DNA from: a bacterium
GTDB lineage: Bacteria > Actinomycetota > Coriobacteriia > Coriobacteriales > QAMH01
DNA: 64,000 bases
Assembly (NCBI GenBank): GCA_963642995.1
Contig: CAVIIZ010000001.1
Coordinates: forward strand, 4,017-68,016
Reading direction: 5' to 3'
Position 1 is the stretch's first letter. Each line of letters starts with the position of its first letter. The notes below the pieces were generated by a model. It saw nothing but the letters and a program-made list of their open reading frames with translations. It was not told the DNA's origin and made no database searches. The position numbers were made by a program, and so were the translations under genes. Positions 36,981-50,941 of the stretch are shown here, one piece after another.

Positions 36981-38201
36981 TCATGCGCCATGCCACGGAC
37001 GGGCGAACTCTTCGGCGGGAGGCTTGTAGGCAGGGCACGGGTAGTCGCGAAACTCGGCGTTTCCCACCAGCTCGCGCACCCAGTCCTCGACGGGCAGCCC
37101 CTCCTCGGCGCGTTCGGCGTCGGCGATGCGCGCATGCGTGGCCGGGCGGCGCGGCATGAACAAGGTGCAGCAGTCGTCGGCTTGGCGCGCGGAGGTCTCG
37201 TAGGTGCCGATGCGGGTGGCCATGTCGATGATGTCTTGCTTGTCCGTGCCGATGAGCGGGCGCAAGACGGGCATGCCGGCCACCGCGTCCGTGACCGCGA
37301 TGTTGTCGAGGGTCTGGCTGGCCACCTGCCCCAGGCTCTCGCCGGTGACGAGCGCCCGGGCGCCCTCGCGGCGCGCGATCGCCTCTGCCACGCGAAACAT
37401 CATGCGGCGGTAGAGCAAGACGCGCAAGCCCTCGGGCGCGGCGGCGGCGATGGCCCTTTGCACGTCGCCCAAGGCTATGTAGTAGACGCGGGCAAGCCCG
37501 GCCGCCGGCGCGAGGTCTGCCGCCAGCTCGTCTACCTGCCATTCGCTGGAGTCCGAGGTCTGGGGCCGGCCGGAGAAATGCGCGCCCACCACGACGGCGC
37601 CGCGCTTCATCATCGTCCACGAGGCCACCGGGCTGTCGAAACCGCCGGACAGCAGGCTGACCACCTTGCCCGCCGAGCCCACCGGCAAACCGCCCACTGC
37701 GGGGTCGCTTCTCGAATAGACGTAGACGCTGCCTTGGACCACCTCGACGCGCACCGTCACGTCCGGGTCCTTCATCTGCACCCGCGCCTCGGGCGCGAAC
37801 TCGCACAAATGCGCCCCCACAAGGCGGTTGAGCTGCATGGAGTCTATGGGGTAGTCGGTGTTGGAGCGGCGGGCGGCCACCTTGAAGGTGGAGAACTCGC
37901 CGCAGTCCGCCAAGGCCATCTCGGCGGCCTTGTTGTAGTGTTTCGGATCGCGGTCGGTGCGCCACGCGCGCGAGATGCGCGCGATGCCGGGAACCTGCAA
38001 GAGCACCCGCGCCACGTCGTCGAGCGCCGCCTCGTCGCGCAAGGCGACCATGAGGTGCCCGGAGATGCGCACGGGGGCGCAGACGTCGAAATCGGCCAAC
38101 GCGAACGCGATGTTTGCCAAAAGCCGCTGCTCGAAGCTGGCCCTGTTGCGGCCTTTCAGGCCTATTTCGTGGTAGTGGATGAGGCAGACTCGCTCGAACA
38201 T
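36981..38201 (-). CDS. thiI: tRNA 4-thiouridine(8) synthase ThiI
   Basis: It has an N-terminal ferredoxin-like/THUMP region and SGGFDSPVA (PP-loop). I prefer ATG 38201 (MFERVCLIHYHEIGLKGRN) over the track's TTG at 38216. Confidence 0.85.
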   Translation of the reverse strand: MFERVCLIHYHEIGLKGRNRASFEQRLLANIAFALADFDVCAPVRISGHLMVALRDEAALDDVARVLLQVPGIARISRAWRTDRDPKHYNKAAEMALADCGEFSTFKVAARRSNTDYPIDSMQLNRLVGAHLCEFAPEARVQMKDPDVTVRVEVVQGSVYVYSRSDPAVGGLPVGSAGKVVSLLSGGFDSPVASWTMMKRGAVVVGAHFSGRPQTSDSSEWQVDELAADLAPAAGLARVYYIALGDVQRAIAAAAPEGLRVLLYRRMMFRVAEAIARREGARALVTGESLGQVASQTLDNIAVTDAVAGMPVLRPLIGTDKQDIIDMATRIGTYETSARQADDCCTLFMPRRPATHARIADAERAEEGLPVEDWVRELVGNAEFRDYPCPAYKPPAEEFARPWHGA

Positions 38202-38225
38202 GACGCTACGGCGCAATCGACGCGC

Positions 38226-38486
38226 TCAGGACTCGTCTTCCTCGAAGGCGGCCTTGTCGTAGGAGACCTCGCCGCGGGCGATCTCCTCCATGGAAAGCGA
38301 GAGCGGCTTGCGCCCGGCGTACTCGGCGATCTCGGAGGTGGACTGCACAGCCATCGCGCGGTCGCGCTGCCCGCGCATCATGTCGTTGATGTCGCGCGCG
38401 CGCTTGGACGACAACGCGCACAGCAGGTACTTGTCTTGGTCGACCGTGTCGAGCAAGGTGTCGATGCGGGGCTGCACAATGGACAT
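38226..38486 (-). CDS. rpoZ: DNA-directed RNA polymerase subunit omega
   Basis: 86 aa, starting MSIVQPRIDTLLDTV. Contains YLLCALSSKRARDI. It is in gmk-rpoZ synteny. Confidence 0.85.
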   Translation of the reverse strand: MSIVQPRIDTLLDTVDQDKYLLCALSSKRARDINDMMRGQRDRAMAVQSTSEIAEYAGRKPLSLSMEEIARGEVSYDKAAFEEDES

Positions 38487-38549
38487 GGACAAAACTCCTT
38501 TTACGTGTGGTCTATCTCGGCGTGCGCGCATGGGCGCACGAAAGCCGAA

Positions 38550-39098
38550 CTAGGATTCTAGCACGGCGAGCAGCTCTTCGGTAGCCCGCTTCAAATCGTC
38601 GTTCACAATGACCACATCGTAGTCGCGCGCCGCGTCCATCTCGGCGCGGGCGTTTTCCAGACGCGTGGCGATCGCCTCGGGCGAATCGGTGCCCCTGCCG
38701 CGCAGGCGGCGCTCGAGCTCCTCGGCGGAGGGCGGGGCGATGAAGACGAGGCGGGCTTCGGGGATTTTCTCGCGCACCTGAAACGCGCCTTGCACGTCTA
38801 TCTCCAAGACGACGTCGGCGCCGGCGGCCATATGCTCGCGTATGGGCGCGATCGGGGTGCCGTAGTAGTTGCCGTGGACGTCGGCGTATTCGATGAAGCC
38901 GCCACGGGCGATCTCGTCTTCGAAAGCCTCGCGCGTGGTGAAGAAGTAGGCGACGCCGTCCTCTTCGCCCGGACGGGGCGCGCGCGTGGTGGCCGAGACC
39001 GACTCCCAGAGGTCCGGGCGCAACGCAAGAAGGCGGGCAAGGAGAGTTCCCTTGCCCGCCCCCGAAGGACCGGAAACCACGTAGAGGCGCCCGCTCAA
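38550..39098 (-). CDS. gmk: guanylate kinase
   Basis: VSGPSGAGKGTL is the P-loop. TTG 39098 (MSGRLYVVSGPSG) is the only plausible start, because the track's longer ORF overlaps mihF. Confidence 0.9.
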   Translation of the reverse strand: MSGRLYVVSGPSGAGKGTLLARLLALRPDLWESVSATTRAPRPGEEDGVAYFFTTREAFEDEIARGGFIEYADVHGNYYGTPIAPIREHMAAGADVVLEIDVQGAFQVREKIPEARLVFIAPPSAEELERRLRGRGTDSPEAIATRLENARAEMDAARDYDVVIVNDDLKRATEELLAVLES

Positions 39099-39105
39099 GC
39101 GAAAA

Positions 39106-39417
39106 CTAGCCCTCGAGGCGCTCGAGAAGCTCTGCGCGCTGGCGGGAGCCCAGTCCCTGGACGCGGCGCGAGGGCGAGATGTCCAGATCGTCCATGAGCT
39201 TGGCCGCACGGGCCTTGCCGTAGCCCGGCAAAGACTCGAGCAGGCGCTGCACCTTCAGGCGCATGGCGATGGGGTTGTCCGTGTCGGAGAGCACCTTCCC
39301 CACGGAAAGCTCGCCTTTCTTCAGCTTGTCGCACAGCTCCGCGCGCTCCTTGCGCGACTTCGCCGCCTTCTCGAGAGCCGCCTTGCGCTGTTCGTCCGAA
39401 AGTTTGGGTAGTGCCAT
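39106..39417 (-). CDS. mihF: actinobacterial integration host factor mIHF
   Basis: 103 aa. MALPKLSDEQRKAALEKAA...LPGYGKARAAKLM. The position between pyrF and gmk is typical of Actinomycetota. Confidence 0.8.
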   Translation of the reverse strand: MALPKLSDEQRKAALEKAAKSRKERAELCDKLKKGELSVGKVLSDTDNPIAMRLKVQRLLESLPGYGKARAAKLMDDLDISPSRRVQGLGSRQRAELLERLEG

Positions 39418-39470
39418 GTGAAACTCCTCCTAGCTCGTTGCGGTGGCGCCATTGTAGCAGCAACGCCCCC

Positions 39471-40190
39471 TCAAAGGGAGCCTATTATTTCGCCGAAAGC
39501 GGCAAGCGAGTTTTCCGCGCGCGTGACGGGGCGCCCGACGACGATGTGCGAGGCTCCCGCGTCGAAGGCGTCCTTTGGCGTGGCCACCCGGCTCTGGTCG
39601 CCCAACGCCGCGCCATGCGGGCGCACGCCGGGGGTGATGACCAGCGCGTCTTCCCCGAGCAGCTCGCGCATGGCGGCCGCCTCCCCGGGCGAGCACACGA
39701 CGCCGGAGAGCCGCGCGCCGCAGGCGAGGGCGGCAAGGCGCCCCACTTGGGCGGCAAGCTCGCCGTCCACGCCAATGGAGTGCAAAGCGGACGTGTCCAT
39801 GCTGGTGAGCACGGTGATGGCGCACACGGCGGGGGGCTGTCCGCCGCCGGCGCCCGCACGCGCGCCCTCCGCGGCGGCGCGCAGCATGTCGGCGCCGCCT
39901 GCGGCGTGCACGGTGAACAGGTCGGCGCCGGCCTCGGCAAGCGATTTCGCCGCGCCGCGCACCTGGTGCGGGATGTCGTGGAGCTTCAGGTCCACGAAGA
40001 CCTTGAAGCCGAGCTTGTGGAGCTGGCGCACGATGGCAGGGCCGGCCGCGTAGTACAGCGTCATGCCCACCTTCACCCAGCGCGCCCGCCCGGCAAGCTG
40101 CTCGCCTATGGCGATGGCCTCGTCGCCCGCGCAGTCCAAAGCGACGATGACGCGGTCTTTGCGCTGCTCGTCCATCCAATCCATGTTCAT
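39471..40190 (-). CDS. pyrF: orotidine 5'-phosphate decarboxylase
   Basis: 239 aa. Motifs are VIVALD and VFVDLKLHDIP. Confidence 0.9.
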   Translation of the reverse strand: MNMDWMDEQRKDRVIVALDCAGDEAIAIGEQLAGRARWVKVGMTLYYAAGPAIVRQLHKLGFKVFVDLKLHDIPHQVRGAAKSLAEAGADLFTVHAAGGADMLRAAAEGARAGAGGGQPPAVCAITVLTSMDTSALHSIGVDGELAAQVGRLAALACGARLSGVVCSPGEAAAMRELLGEDALVITPGVRPHGAALGDQSRVATPKDAFDAGASHIVVGRPVTRAENSLAAFGEIIGSL

Positions 40191-40316
40191 CGAACCTCCA
40201 ATGCCGTTTCATCGCGCATTCCCGCCCGCAAAATAGCCCGTCAGGACATGGGCCTCTTTTTTTGCGGCAGCGAGCGCCTTCTTCGGCCCGCGCGCCGCCG
40301 GACGAAAAAAACCGCC

Positions 40317-41306
40317 TCAGGTCTCCAGCGCCCCGACGAGCTCGTTCACGTCCCGCACGCCCTGCCCGCGGCAAAAGGAGACGATGCCTTCCAGCACATC
40401 GGCGCAGGCGCGCGGGTTGGGAAAGCTCGCCGCGCCCACCGCCACGGCCGTGGCGCCGCAGAGCATGAACTCGACGGCGTCTTCCCCGCTCGCTATGCCG
40501 CCCATGCCCAATACGGGCACGTCCACGGCATTATGCACCTGCCAGACCATGCGCAGCGCCACCGGCTTGACGGCAGGGCCTGACAGCCCGCCCACGACGC
40601 GGGCCAGGCGGGGGCGGCGGCGGCGCGCGTCCACGGACATGCCCAGCAGGGTGTTCACGAGCGAGACGGCGTCTGCCCCGGCGTCGGCCACCGCGGCGGC
40701 GATGGCCGCGATGTCGGTGACGTTGGGGGTGAGCTTGACGATGAGCGGGCGCTTCGTGGCCGCGCGGCACAGCCTCGCGACATGCGCGGCGGCCACCGGG
40801 TCGCAGCCGAAGGCCATGCCGCCGGCGTCCACGTTGGGACACGAGATGTTCACCTCGTAGGCGTCTACCGCCTCCTCGTCTTCCAGACGCTCGATGACCT
40901 GCACGTACTCCTCGGGCGCATGCCCCGACACGTTCACGATGACGCGCGTGTTTCGAGCTGCCATCCAGGGCAGGGTCTTGGCGCAGAAGGCCTCGACGCC
41001 CGGGTTTTGCAATCCGATGGAGTTCAGCATGCCGGACGGCGTCTCGGCGATGCGCGGGGCGGGGTTGCCCTCCCAGGGGGTGAAGGAGACGCCCTTGGTG
41101 GTGATGGCGCCCAGGCGCGCGACGTCGAGGAAATCGGCGTACTCGCGTCCCGAGCCGAAGGTGCCGGAAGCGTTCGTGACGGGGTTCTTCATGCGCAGGC
41201 CGCCCAGGTCCACGGCCAAAGCGGGCGCGTCGGCGGCAAGCTCGAAAAGCGCGCCGGCCGCATCCGCCGCCTTCCTCGCGCCGGCGGCGCTCCTCGCGTT
41301 TTCCAT
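40317..41306 (-). CDS. pyrD: dihydroorotate dehydrogenase 1B, catalytic subunit
   Basis: This is the last 329 aa of track ORF 40317..41936, starting MENARSAAG. Motifs are NASGTFG, VNISCPN and [11 protein letters not shown]. Confidence 0.9.
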   Translation of the reverse strand: MENARSAAGARKAADAAGALFELAADAPALAVDLGGLRMKNPVTNASGTFGSGREYADFLDVARLGAITTKGVSFTPWEGNPAPRIAETPSGMLNSIGLQNPGVEAFCAKTLPWMAARNTRVIVNVSGHAPEEYVQVIERLEDEEAVDAYEVNISCPNVDAGGMAFGCDPVAAAHVARLCRAATKRPLIVKLTPNVTDIAAIAAAVADAGADAVSLVNTLLGMSVDARRRRPRLARVVGGLSGPAVKPVALRMVWQVHNAVDVPVLGMGGIASGEDAVEFMLCGATAVAVGAASFPNPRACADVLEGIVSFCRGQGVRDVNELVGALET

Positions 41307-41308
41307 GC

Positions 41309-42106
41309 TCACCAGACCACCTCCGCCGCGTCGAAAACCGGGCCGTCTGCGCATACGCGGCGCAGGCCGCCCGTCGTCTGCAGCACGCAGGAAAGGCACG
41401 CGCCGACGCCGCAGGCCATGAGGCGCTCCATGCTGACCTGGGCCGCCACGCCGTGCGCGAGCGCCGGCTTGACGACGTTTCCCATCATGGGATGCGGGCC
41501 GCACACGAAGACCTGCGCGTAGGCGCCCGACGCGATGAGGACGTCGCTTTCTTGCGTGACGAAGCCGTGCGCGCCCTCGCTGCCGTCGTCGGTGGTGATG
41601 CGCATCGTGCCGCCCGAGGCCTCGACGGCCGCCGCGATCGCGTCGCGGCACACGAGCAGATCCGAGCTTGCCGCGCCCATGACCACGTCCACGACATGCC
41701 CCTCCTCCGCCAGCTCGTGCGCCAGCATGGTCAGCGGCACGGCGCCCATGCCGCCGCAGACGAGCAGCATGCGCGAACCCTCGGGCGCCGCAGCCTGCTC
41801 GAGGCGCCAGCCGTTGCCCAGAGGGCCTGCCACGTCGACGAGCTCGCCCGGTTCCACCTGCGAGAGCCTGGCCGTGCCCTGCCCCACCACCTGAAAGCAC
41901 ACCTCCACCGCGCCCGTGTCCGCGTCGGCGCGCCACACGGCAAGCGGTATGCGCAAAAACTGCACCTGCCCCGCCGCCGGACGAAGCTCCACGAACTGGC
42001 CGGGCCGCGCGGCACCGGCGATCGAGGGCGCCTCGAAGGCCAGCGAGAAGACGCTCTCGGCAAGCTGCTCGCGCCCCACGACCCTCGTCCTCTCATCGTG
42101 CTTCAC
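41309..42106 (-). CDS. pyrK: dihydroorotate dehydrogenase electron-transfer subunit
   Basis: 265 aa. It has an FAD/NAD-binding fold and a C-terminal [2Fe-2S] motif, [12 protein letters not shown]. Confidence 0.9.
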   Translation of the reverse strand: MKHDERTRVVGREQLAESVFSLAFEAPSIAGAARPGQFVELRPAAGQVQFLRIPLAVWRADADTGAVEVCFQVVGQGTARLSQVEPGELVDVAGPLGNGWRLEQAAAPEGSRMLLVCGGMGAVPLTMLAHELAEEGHVVDVVMGAASSDLLVCRDAIAAAVEASGGTMRITTDDGSEGAHGFVTQESDVLIASGAYAQVFVCGPHPMMGNVVKPALAHGVAAQVSMERLMACGVGACLSCVLQTTGGLRRVCADGPVFDAAEVVW

Positions 42107-42109
42107 AGC

Positions 42110-45334
<3,225 letters not shown>

Positions 45335-46627
45335 CTAGCGATCGCCTCCTTTGCCCTCGGTGAAAACGCGCGTGTCGCGCACCTCGATGTCCAGGTAGTC
45401 GTCGCGTCCGTCCATGAGGCGCATGAACGCGTCGAAGAGATACGACGAGTCGTGAGGGCCGGGCGCGGCCTCCGGGTGGTACTGCACGCAAAAGGCCGGG
45501 ATGTCCAGAAAGGCCATGCCCTCGGGCGTGCCGTCGTTGAGGTTGACGTGGGTGAGCTGTATGCGGCCGAACGCCTCGTTTGCCACGACGGGCGAGATGC
45601 GGCGCTCGGTCCAAAAGCGCAGGTCGCCGTCGGCCGGATGCTCGGCGACGCCGCCCGATTCATCCGCCACGAGAGGCCCCAAGCTGGAAAACACCTGGCC
45701 GAATCCGTGGTTTTGCGCCGTGATCTCGACCGCCCCGGTGCGCAGGTTCATGACGGGCTGGTTGCCGCCGTGGTGGCCGTAGGGCAGCTTCTCCATCGCC
45801 GCGCCGGCCGCCAGCGAGAGCATCTGGTGGCCGAGGCATATGCCGAAGACGGCGACCTTGCCCAGCAGCGCGCGCGCAGCCTCGGCCGTCGCGTCCACGG
45901 CTTGCGGGTCGCCCGGGCCGTTGGAGAAGAACACGCCGTCGGGCTCGAGTTTCTCCACCTCGGACGCCGGCGTGTCCCAGGGCACGACGACGGTCTCGCA
46001 GCCGCGCGTGGACAAGCCGGTCAAGATGTTGGTCTTCACCCCGCAGTCGAAGGCGACGACGCGTTTTTCCTTCTCGCAGTTGAAGGGGGGCAGCACGTAG
46101 GGGGACTTCGCCGAGACCTCCGCCACGAGGTTGCGCCCCACGAGGCCGGGCGACGTCGCGAGGCGCTGCAACGCCGCCTGCGCCGCCTGCGCCGCGTTCT
46201 CGCCGTCTTCCAACGTCGATACGATGCCCTGCATCGCGCCATGCTCGCGTATGTGGCGCACGAGCCGGCGCGTGTCGACGCCCTCGATGGCCACGACGCC
46301 GCTTTTCTTCAGGAAATCCGGCAGCGACTGCGTCGAGCGGAAGTTGCTCGGGCGCGCGCACATGTCGCGCACGACGAGGCCGGAGAAGAACAGCTCGCGC
46401 GCCTGCATGTCCTCGGCGTTGACCCCGTAGTTGCCTACCTGCGGATAGGTGAGGGCGACTATCTGGCCGCGGTAGCTCGGGTCGCTTGCGATCTCCTGAT
46501 AGCCGGTCATCGAGGTGTTGAAGCACAGCTCGCCTGTGGCCTCGCCTCGCGCTCCGCAGCTCGTGCCCGTGAAAACCGCGCCGTCCTCGAGGACGAGCAC
46601 GGCGGGTGTGCCTTTCGCCAACGCCAT
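45335..46627 (-). CDS. carA: carbamoyl-phosphate synthase small (glutamine amidotransferase) subunit
   Basis: 430 aa. FGICLGHQML carries the catalytic Cys. It is longer than usual, with internal and C-terminal extensions. Confidence 0.95.
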   Translation of the reverse strand: MALAKGTPAVLVLEDGAVFTGTSCGARGEATGELCFNTSMTGYQEIASDPSYRGQIVALTYPQVGNYGVNAEDMQARELFFSGLVVRDMCARPSNFRSTQSLPDFLKKSGVVAIEGVDTRRLVRHIREHGAMQGIVSTLEDGENAAQAAQAALQRLATSPGLVGRNLVAEVSAKSPYVLPPFNCEKEKRVVAFDCGVKTNILTGLSTRGCETVVVPWDTPASEVEKLEPDGVFFSNGPGDPQAVDATAEAARALLGKVAVFGICLGHQMLSLAAGAAMEKLPYGHHGGNQPVMNLRTGAVEITAQNHGFGQVFSSLGPLVADESGGVAEHPADGDLRFWTERRISPVVANEAFGRIQLTHVNLNDGTPEGMAFLDIPAFCVQYHPEAAPGPHDSSYLFDAFMRLMDGRDDYLDIEVRDTRVFTEGKGGDR

Positions 46628-46628
46628 C

Positions 46629-47984
46629 TTAAAACGTCACCTCTCCGTCTTGGAACGTCGCGTAGCCGGCCGTGTACGTCTCCACGACCGCGCCGCGCAG
46701 GTGCTTTCCCGCAAACGCCGAGTTTGCGCCCTTCGACGCGAAATCCGCCGTGTCGACCGTCCACTGCGCGTCCGGGTCCACGACGGCGAAGTCCGCGACG
46801 CCGCCGGCCTCGATGCGCACGGCGGGCTGTCCGAGCAGCTTGCGCGGCGCCACGGCCATGGCCTCGACGAGGCGCGCCCATCCCATGCGCTTTTGCGTGA
46901 GAGCCGTCCACTCGCCGGCCTCGAAACTTGCCGCGGGCGCGGACACGAGGCAGGTGAGCACGACGGCAAGCGCCGTCTCCAGCCCCGTGGTGCCGAAGGG
47001 CGCGAGGTTGAACTCGAGCGCCTTCTCGTGGGCGGCATGGGGGGCATGGTCGGTCGAGACCATGTCGATGACGCCGCAAAGCAGCGCCTCTTGCAACGCG
47101 AGCGCGTCGGCGGCAGATCGCAGCGGCGGGTTCACCTTCAGGTCCGTGTCGTAGCTTTGCCGGCGGATGAACGAGGAGTCGCAGAAGAGATGGTGCGGGG
47201 TGGCCTCGCAGGTGACGGGCACGCCGTCTGCCTTCGCGCGGGCCACCAGCTCGACGCCGCGGGCCGTGGTGACGTGCTGGATATGGAGGCGGCAGCCCGT
47301 CAGGCGGGCCAACTCGACGTCGCGGGCGATCTGGACCTCCTCGCCTGCCGCAGGCCAGGCGGCAAGCCCGAGCGCCGTCGAGACCGCGCCCTCGTCTGCC
47401 ACGCCATCTGCGACCAGGCTCTCGTCTTGGCAATGCGACAAGACGGGCTTGTCCAGCATCTTCGCGTAGTCCATGACGCGGCGCATCGTGGCGCTGTCCT
47501 GGATGCCGCGCCCGTCGTCGGAAAAGGCCACGGCGCCGTTTCGCGCCATGTCGCCCATCTCGGCAAGCACGGCGCCCGCAAGGCCTTTCGTGCACGCGCC
47601 CACGGGCAAGACGCGCGTGCGCCCCGGCTTCCAGGCGCATCTCTCCAGCTCGTAGGCCACGAGCGCGCCCGTGTCGATGGCAGGCTCCGTGTTTGCCATG
47701 GGCGCCACCGCCGTGAATCCGCCGCGGGCGGCCGCGCGCATGCCGCAGACGATGTCTTCCTTGTATTCCAGGCCTGGGTCGCGCAAGTGCACGTGCGCGT
47801 CCACGAGCCCGGGGAGCAGGTAGCAGCCGGACAAGTCGCGCACGACGCACTTTGCGGGCTTTTCCACCCGCGCGCCCACTTCCACGACGCGGCCGTCGCG
47901 CACGAGCACGCTCGCCACCTCGTCGAGGCCGACCTGCGGGTCGACCACATGCGCGCCTTCAAGCAGCAAGGCCATGGGGATCAC
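46629..47984 (-). CDS. pyrC: dihydroorotase
   Basis: 451 aa. The metal ligand motif is LVDAHVHLRDPG. Confidence 0.9.
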   Translation of the reverse strand: MIPMALLLEGAHVVDPQVGLDEVASVLVRDGRVVEVGARVEKPAKCVVRDLSGCYLLPGLVDAHVHLRDPGLEYKEDIVCGMRAAARGGFTAVAPMANTEPAIDTGALVAYELERCAWKPGRTRVLPVGACTKGLAGAVLAEMGDMARNGAVAFSDDGRGIQDSATMRRVMDYAKMLDKPVLSHCQDESLVADGVADEGAVSTALGLAAWPAAGEEVQIARDVELARLTGCRLHIQHVTTARGVELVARAKADGVPVTCEATPHHLFCDSSFIRRQSYDTDLKVNPPLRSAADALALQEALLCGVIDMVSTDHAPHAAHEKALEFNLAPFGTTGLETALAVVLTCLVSAPAASFEAGEWTALTQKRMGWARLVEAMAVAPRKLLGQPAVRIEAGGVADFAVVDPDAQWTVDTADFASKGANSAFAGKHLRGAVVETYTAGYATFQDGEVTF

Positions 47985-48981
47985 CTCCGAGCAGCAGGTA
48001 CATGACGGCCATGCGCACCGCCACCCCCGCGTTCACCTGGTCGAGTACGAGAGACTGCGCCGCATCGGCCGCATCGGCGGACAGCTCCACGCCGCGGTTC
48101 ACGGGGCCGGGGTGCATGATGACCGAGCCCGGTTTCATCGCGGAAAGCCGGCGCATGTCCACGCCGTAGAGCGCCGCGTACTCGCGCAAGCCGGGCAGCG
48201 GCGCGCCCTCGAGGCGCTCCATCTGGATGCGCAGCATGTAGAGCACGTCCAGCTCGGGCAGGCACTCGTCGAGGTCGTGGCACACGCGAGGCGAGGGCGG
48301 GCGTTTCCCCGCGTCTTCAGCGCAGGCCGCGCCGCCGTCGCCTCCCGCGCGCGCAACCGACGCGGCGGCCTCGCGGCACAGCGCGCCCGGGCAGGCGGGC
48401 ATGAGCGTGGGCGGCCCTACGAGCACGGGCTCGGCGCCCATCATGACGAGCAGCGGCACGAGCGAGCCGGCCACGCGGGAATGCGCGACGTCGCCCACGA
48501 TGCCCACCTTCAGCCCCGCAAGGCCGCCGAAGCGCTCGCGCATGGCGAAGGCGTCGAGCAGGGCCTGGGTGGGATGCTCGTGCTTGCCGTCGCCGCCGTT
48601 GACCACGCAGGCGCGGACATGGCGCTCGACCACGCGCGGGGCGCCCTCCTGGCGGCTGCGCACGACCACGAGGTCGGCGTCCATCGCGTCGAGCGTGGCC
48701 GCCGTGTCGGCAAGCGACTCGCCCTTTTTCGCAGAAGAGGCGGCCGCCGAGAAGTTGATGGCGTCGGCCGACAGGCGCTTTGCCGCGATCTCGAAGCTCG
48801 TGCGCGTGCGCGTGGACGGCTCGTAGAAGAGGTTGACGACGGTGCGCCCGCGCAAGGTGGGCAGCTTCTTTATCTCGCGGTCGTTGACTTCCTTGAACGA
48901 GCGCGCGCAATCCAAGACCTCGACGACCTCGTCTGCCGTCAGGTCCTCTATGTCGATGAGGCTCCTGTGCGTGCCGAGCAT
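47959..48981 (-). CDS. pyrB: aspartate carbamoyltransferase catalytic subunit
   Basis: 340 aa. Motifs are FYEPSTRTRTSFE and HPGP. Confidence 0.95.
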   Translation of the reverse strand: MLGTHRSLIDIEDLTADEVVEVLDCARSFKEVNDREIKKLPTLRGRTVVNLFYEPSTRTRTSFEIAAKRLSADAINFSAAASSAKKGESLADTAATLDAMDADLVVVRSRQEGAPRVVERHVRACVVNGGDGKHEHPTQALLDAFAMRERFGGLAGLKVGIVGDVAHSRVAGSLVPLLVMMGAEPVLVGPPTLMPACPGALCREAAASVARAGGDGGAACAEDAGKRPPSPRVCHDLDECLPELDVLYMLRIQMERLEGAPLPGLREYAALYGVDMRRLSAMKPGSVIMHPGPVNRGVELSADAADAAQSLVLDQVNAGVAVRMAVMYLLLGGDPHGLAA

Positions 48982-48984
48982 GGG

Positions 48985-49677
<693 letters not shown>

Positions 49678-49754
49678 CCGCGCACCGCCTGCCGGCGGGT
49701 GAATCGGGTGAATCCCGCGGATGCGAAAAAGCCGCAGCCGAAAACCGCACGTCA

Positions 49755-49789
49755 CATGGCGGCTGCCACGTCGCCCTCCAAGGCGAGCG
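49755..49789 (+). repeat. 35-nt direct repeat, copy 1 (34/35 identical to 50942-50976)
   Basis: CATGGCGGCTGCCACGTCGCCCTCCAAGGCGAGCG. Copy 2 differs only by C to T at repeat position 24. Confidence 0.9.
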
Positions 49790-49809
49790 CGGCCAAGGAA
49801 GTCACCCGT

Positions 49810-49860
49810 TTGGCGAAGAGCGAGCATTGGTGCATAATGTGTAGCACGATGTGCTACACA
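49810..49860 (+). promoter_or_regulatory. promoter plus palindromic operator of the RHH/nucleotidyltransferase cassette
   Basis: -35 TTGGCG (49810-15), a 17-nt spacer, then TG-extended -10 CATAAT (49833-38). This is immediately followed by a perfect 10-bp inverted repeat, TGTGTAGCAC-gat-GTGCTACACA (49838-49860). AAAGGGGTGA and ATG 49873 follow. Confidence 0.55.
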
Positions 49861-49872
49861 AAAGGGGTGAAG

Positions 49873-50376
49873 ATGCGCAAGCCTACGGGAATACGGTTCA
49901 CGGACGAGGAGCACGCGGCGATAGCGTCGTATGCCGCCGCGCACGAGACCTCGTTTTCAGACGTCGTGAGAAAGGCAGTGCGCGAATTCACCGACCCCGA
50001 CCGGGACAAGGGCTACCTGACGCTCGCACAGATCGCCTCGACAGGCGGCGACGTCGAATTGGCGTTCGGGCAATTCCTCGACGACTTCGCCCACGCCCGC
50101 GACAAAGCAGCGCTCATCGCCGACGAGCCGCGATGGCCGCAGGAATACACGGGGCGTTGGCGCTACGACCTGGCCGCCGCCGCGCACAAGCTGGCCAACG
50201 ACAACGGCCTGCCCGTGCCCGCATGGTGCATCGAGGAGCGCTACTGCCCCGACGAGCCCCTGTGGGCCTTCGACACCGAGGATCCGCAGTTCCGCTCCTA
50301 CCTGCGGGAGAACACGCCGCGGGAGTTCCGCTGGCACAATCTGTTCCTCGGCCCGAACGTCTTGCAGAGGGCATGA
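49873..50376 (+). CDS. ribbon-helix-helix (CopG/Arc-like) DNA-binding protein with a C-terminal domain of unknown function; putative antitoxin/regulator
   Basis: 167 aa. IRFTDEEHAAIASYAAAHETSFSDVVRKAVREF is an RHH pattern. It has its own promoter and operator. The track ORF 49609..50376 is an artefactual N-terminal extension. Confidence 0.6.
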   Translation: MRKPTGIRFTDEEHAAIASYAAAHETSFSDVVRKAVREFTDPDRDKGYLTLAQIASTGGDVELAFGQFLDDFAHARDKAALIADEPRWPQEYTGRWRYDLAAAAHKLANDNGLPVPAWCIEERYCPDEPLWAFDTEDPQFRSYLRENTPREFRWHNLFLGPNVLQRA

Positions 50377-50421
50377 TGGCATGCTGACGAGAGAGAGCAG
50401 ATACAGCAATACCTTGCGGAA

Positions 50422-50907
50422 ATGGACGCCGAGCTCGCAAGCCGGGGATTGACAGGAGAGATAGTGCTGTGCGGCGGTGCCGTGATGGCCTTGGTGTATG
50501 AAGCCCGGCAGTCCACGAAAGACATCGATGCCCTGTTTGAGCCGGCTCGCGAGTTACGGCAAATCGCCGCGGAGATGGCGAGGCGCCACGGATTGGAAGA
50601 GGATTGGCTCAACGACGCGGCCAAAGCATTCATCGACACGTCGCGCATGTCGTTCACATCGATCATGAAGATGAAAGCGCTACGCGTCCTGCGTCCCGAC
50701 GACGAGGGCATGCTCGCCATGAAGCTCGCGTCCGCGCGAGAAGACAGCAAGGACGCTGACGACGCCGTCTTCCTCATCCGCCGCCTCGGCATCACGGACG
50801 AAGACGAGCTCCTCGACATGATGGAGCGCAATATCCCAAAGCGGATGCTCACACCCATGGCCGGCTTTTTCGCCAAGGAGATGTTGAAACGGTCGATTCG
50901 CGTTTGA
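50422..50907 (+). CDS. nucleotidyltransferase-fold protein (DUF6036 / AbiEii-MNT-like), putative toxin partner
   Basis: 161 aa. LCGGAVMALVYEARQSTKDIDALF matches the minimal-NTase G-x-a...DIDa pattern. It appears N-terminally truncated relative to an out-of-frame ATG at 50381 (see findings). Confidence 0.6.
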   Translation: MDAELASRGLTGEIVLCGGAVMALVYEARQSTKDIDALFEPARELRQIAAEMARRHGLEEDWLNDAAKAFIDTSRMSFTSIMKMKALRVLRPDDEGMLAMKLASAREDSKDADDAVFLIRRLGITDEDELLDMMERNIPKRMLTPMAGFFAKEMLKRSIRV

Positions 50908-50941
50908 CTGGGCGTCGACCGCACGCAAGACGCACCGAGGG

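Noticed and set aside
49696-49713. Tandem 9-mer CGGGTGAAT x2 upstream of the pyrR promoter, within the hsdR 5' fragment.
   Set aside because: It is too short, and it is wrongly spaced (23 nt) to serve as the -35 element of the TAGTAT promoter. There is no second occurrence elsewhere in the window to suggest a binding-site family.
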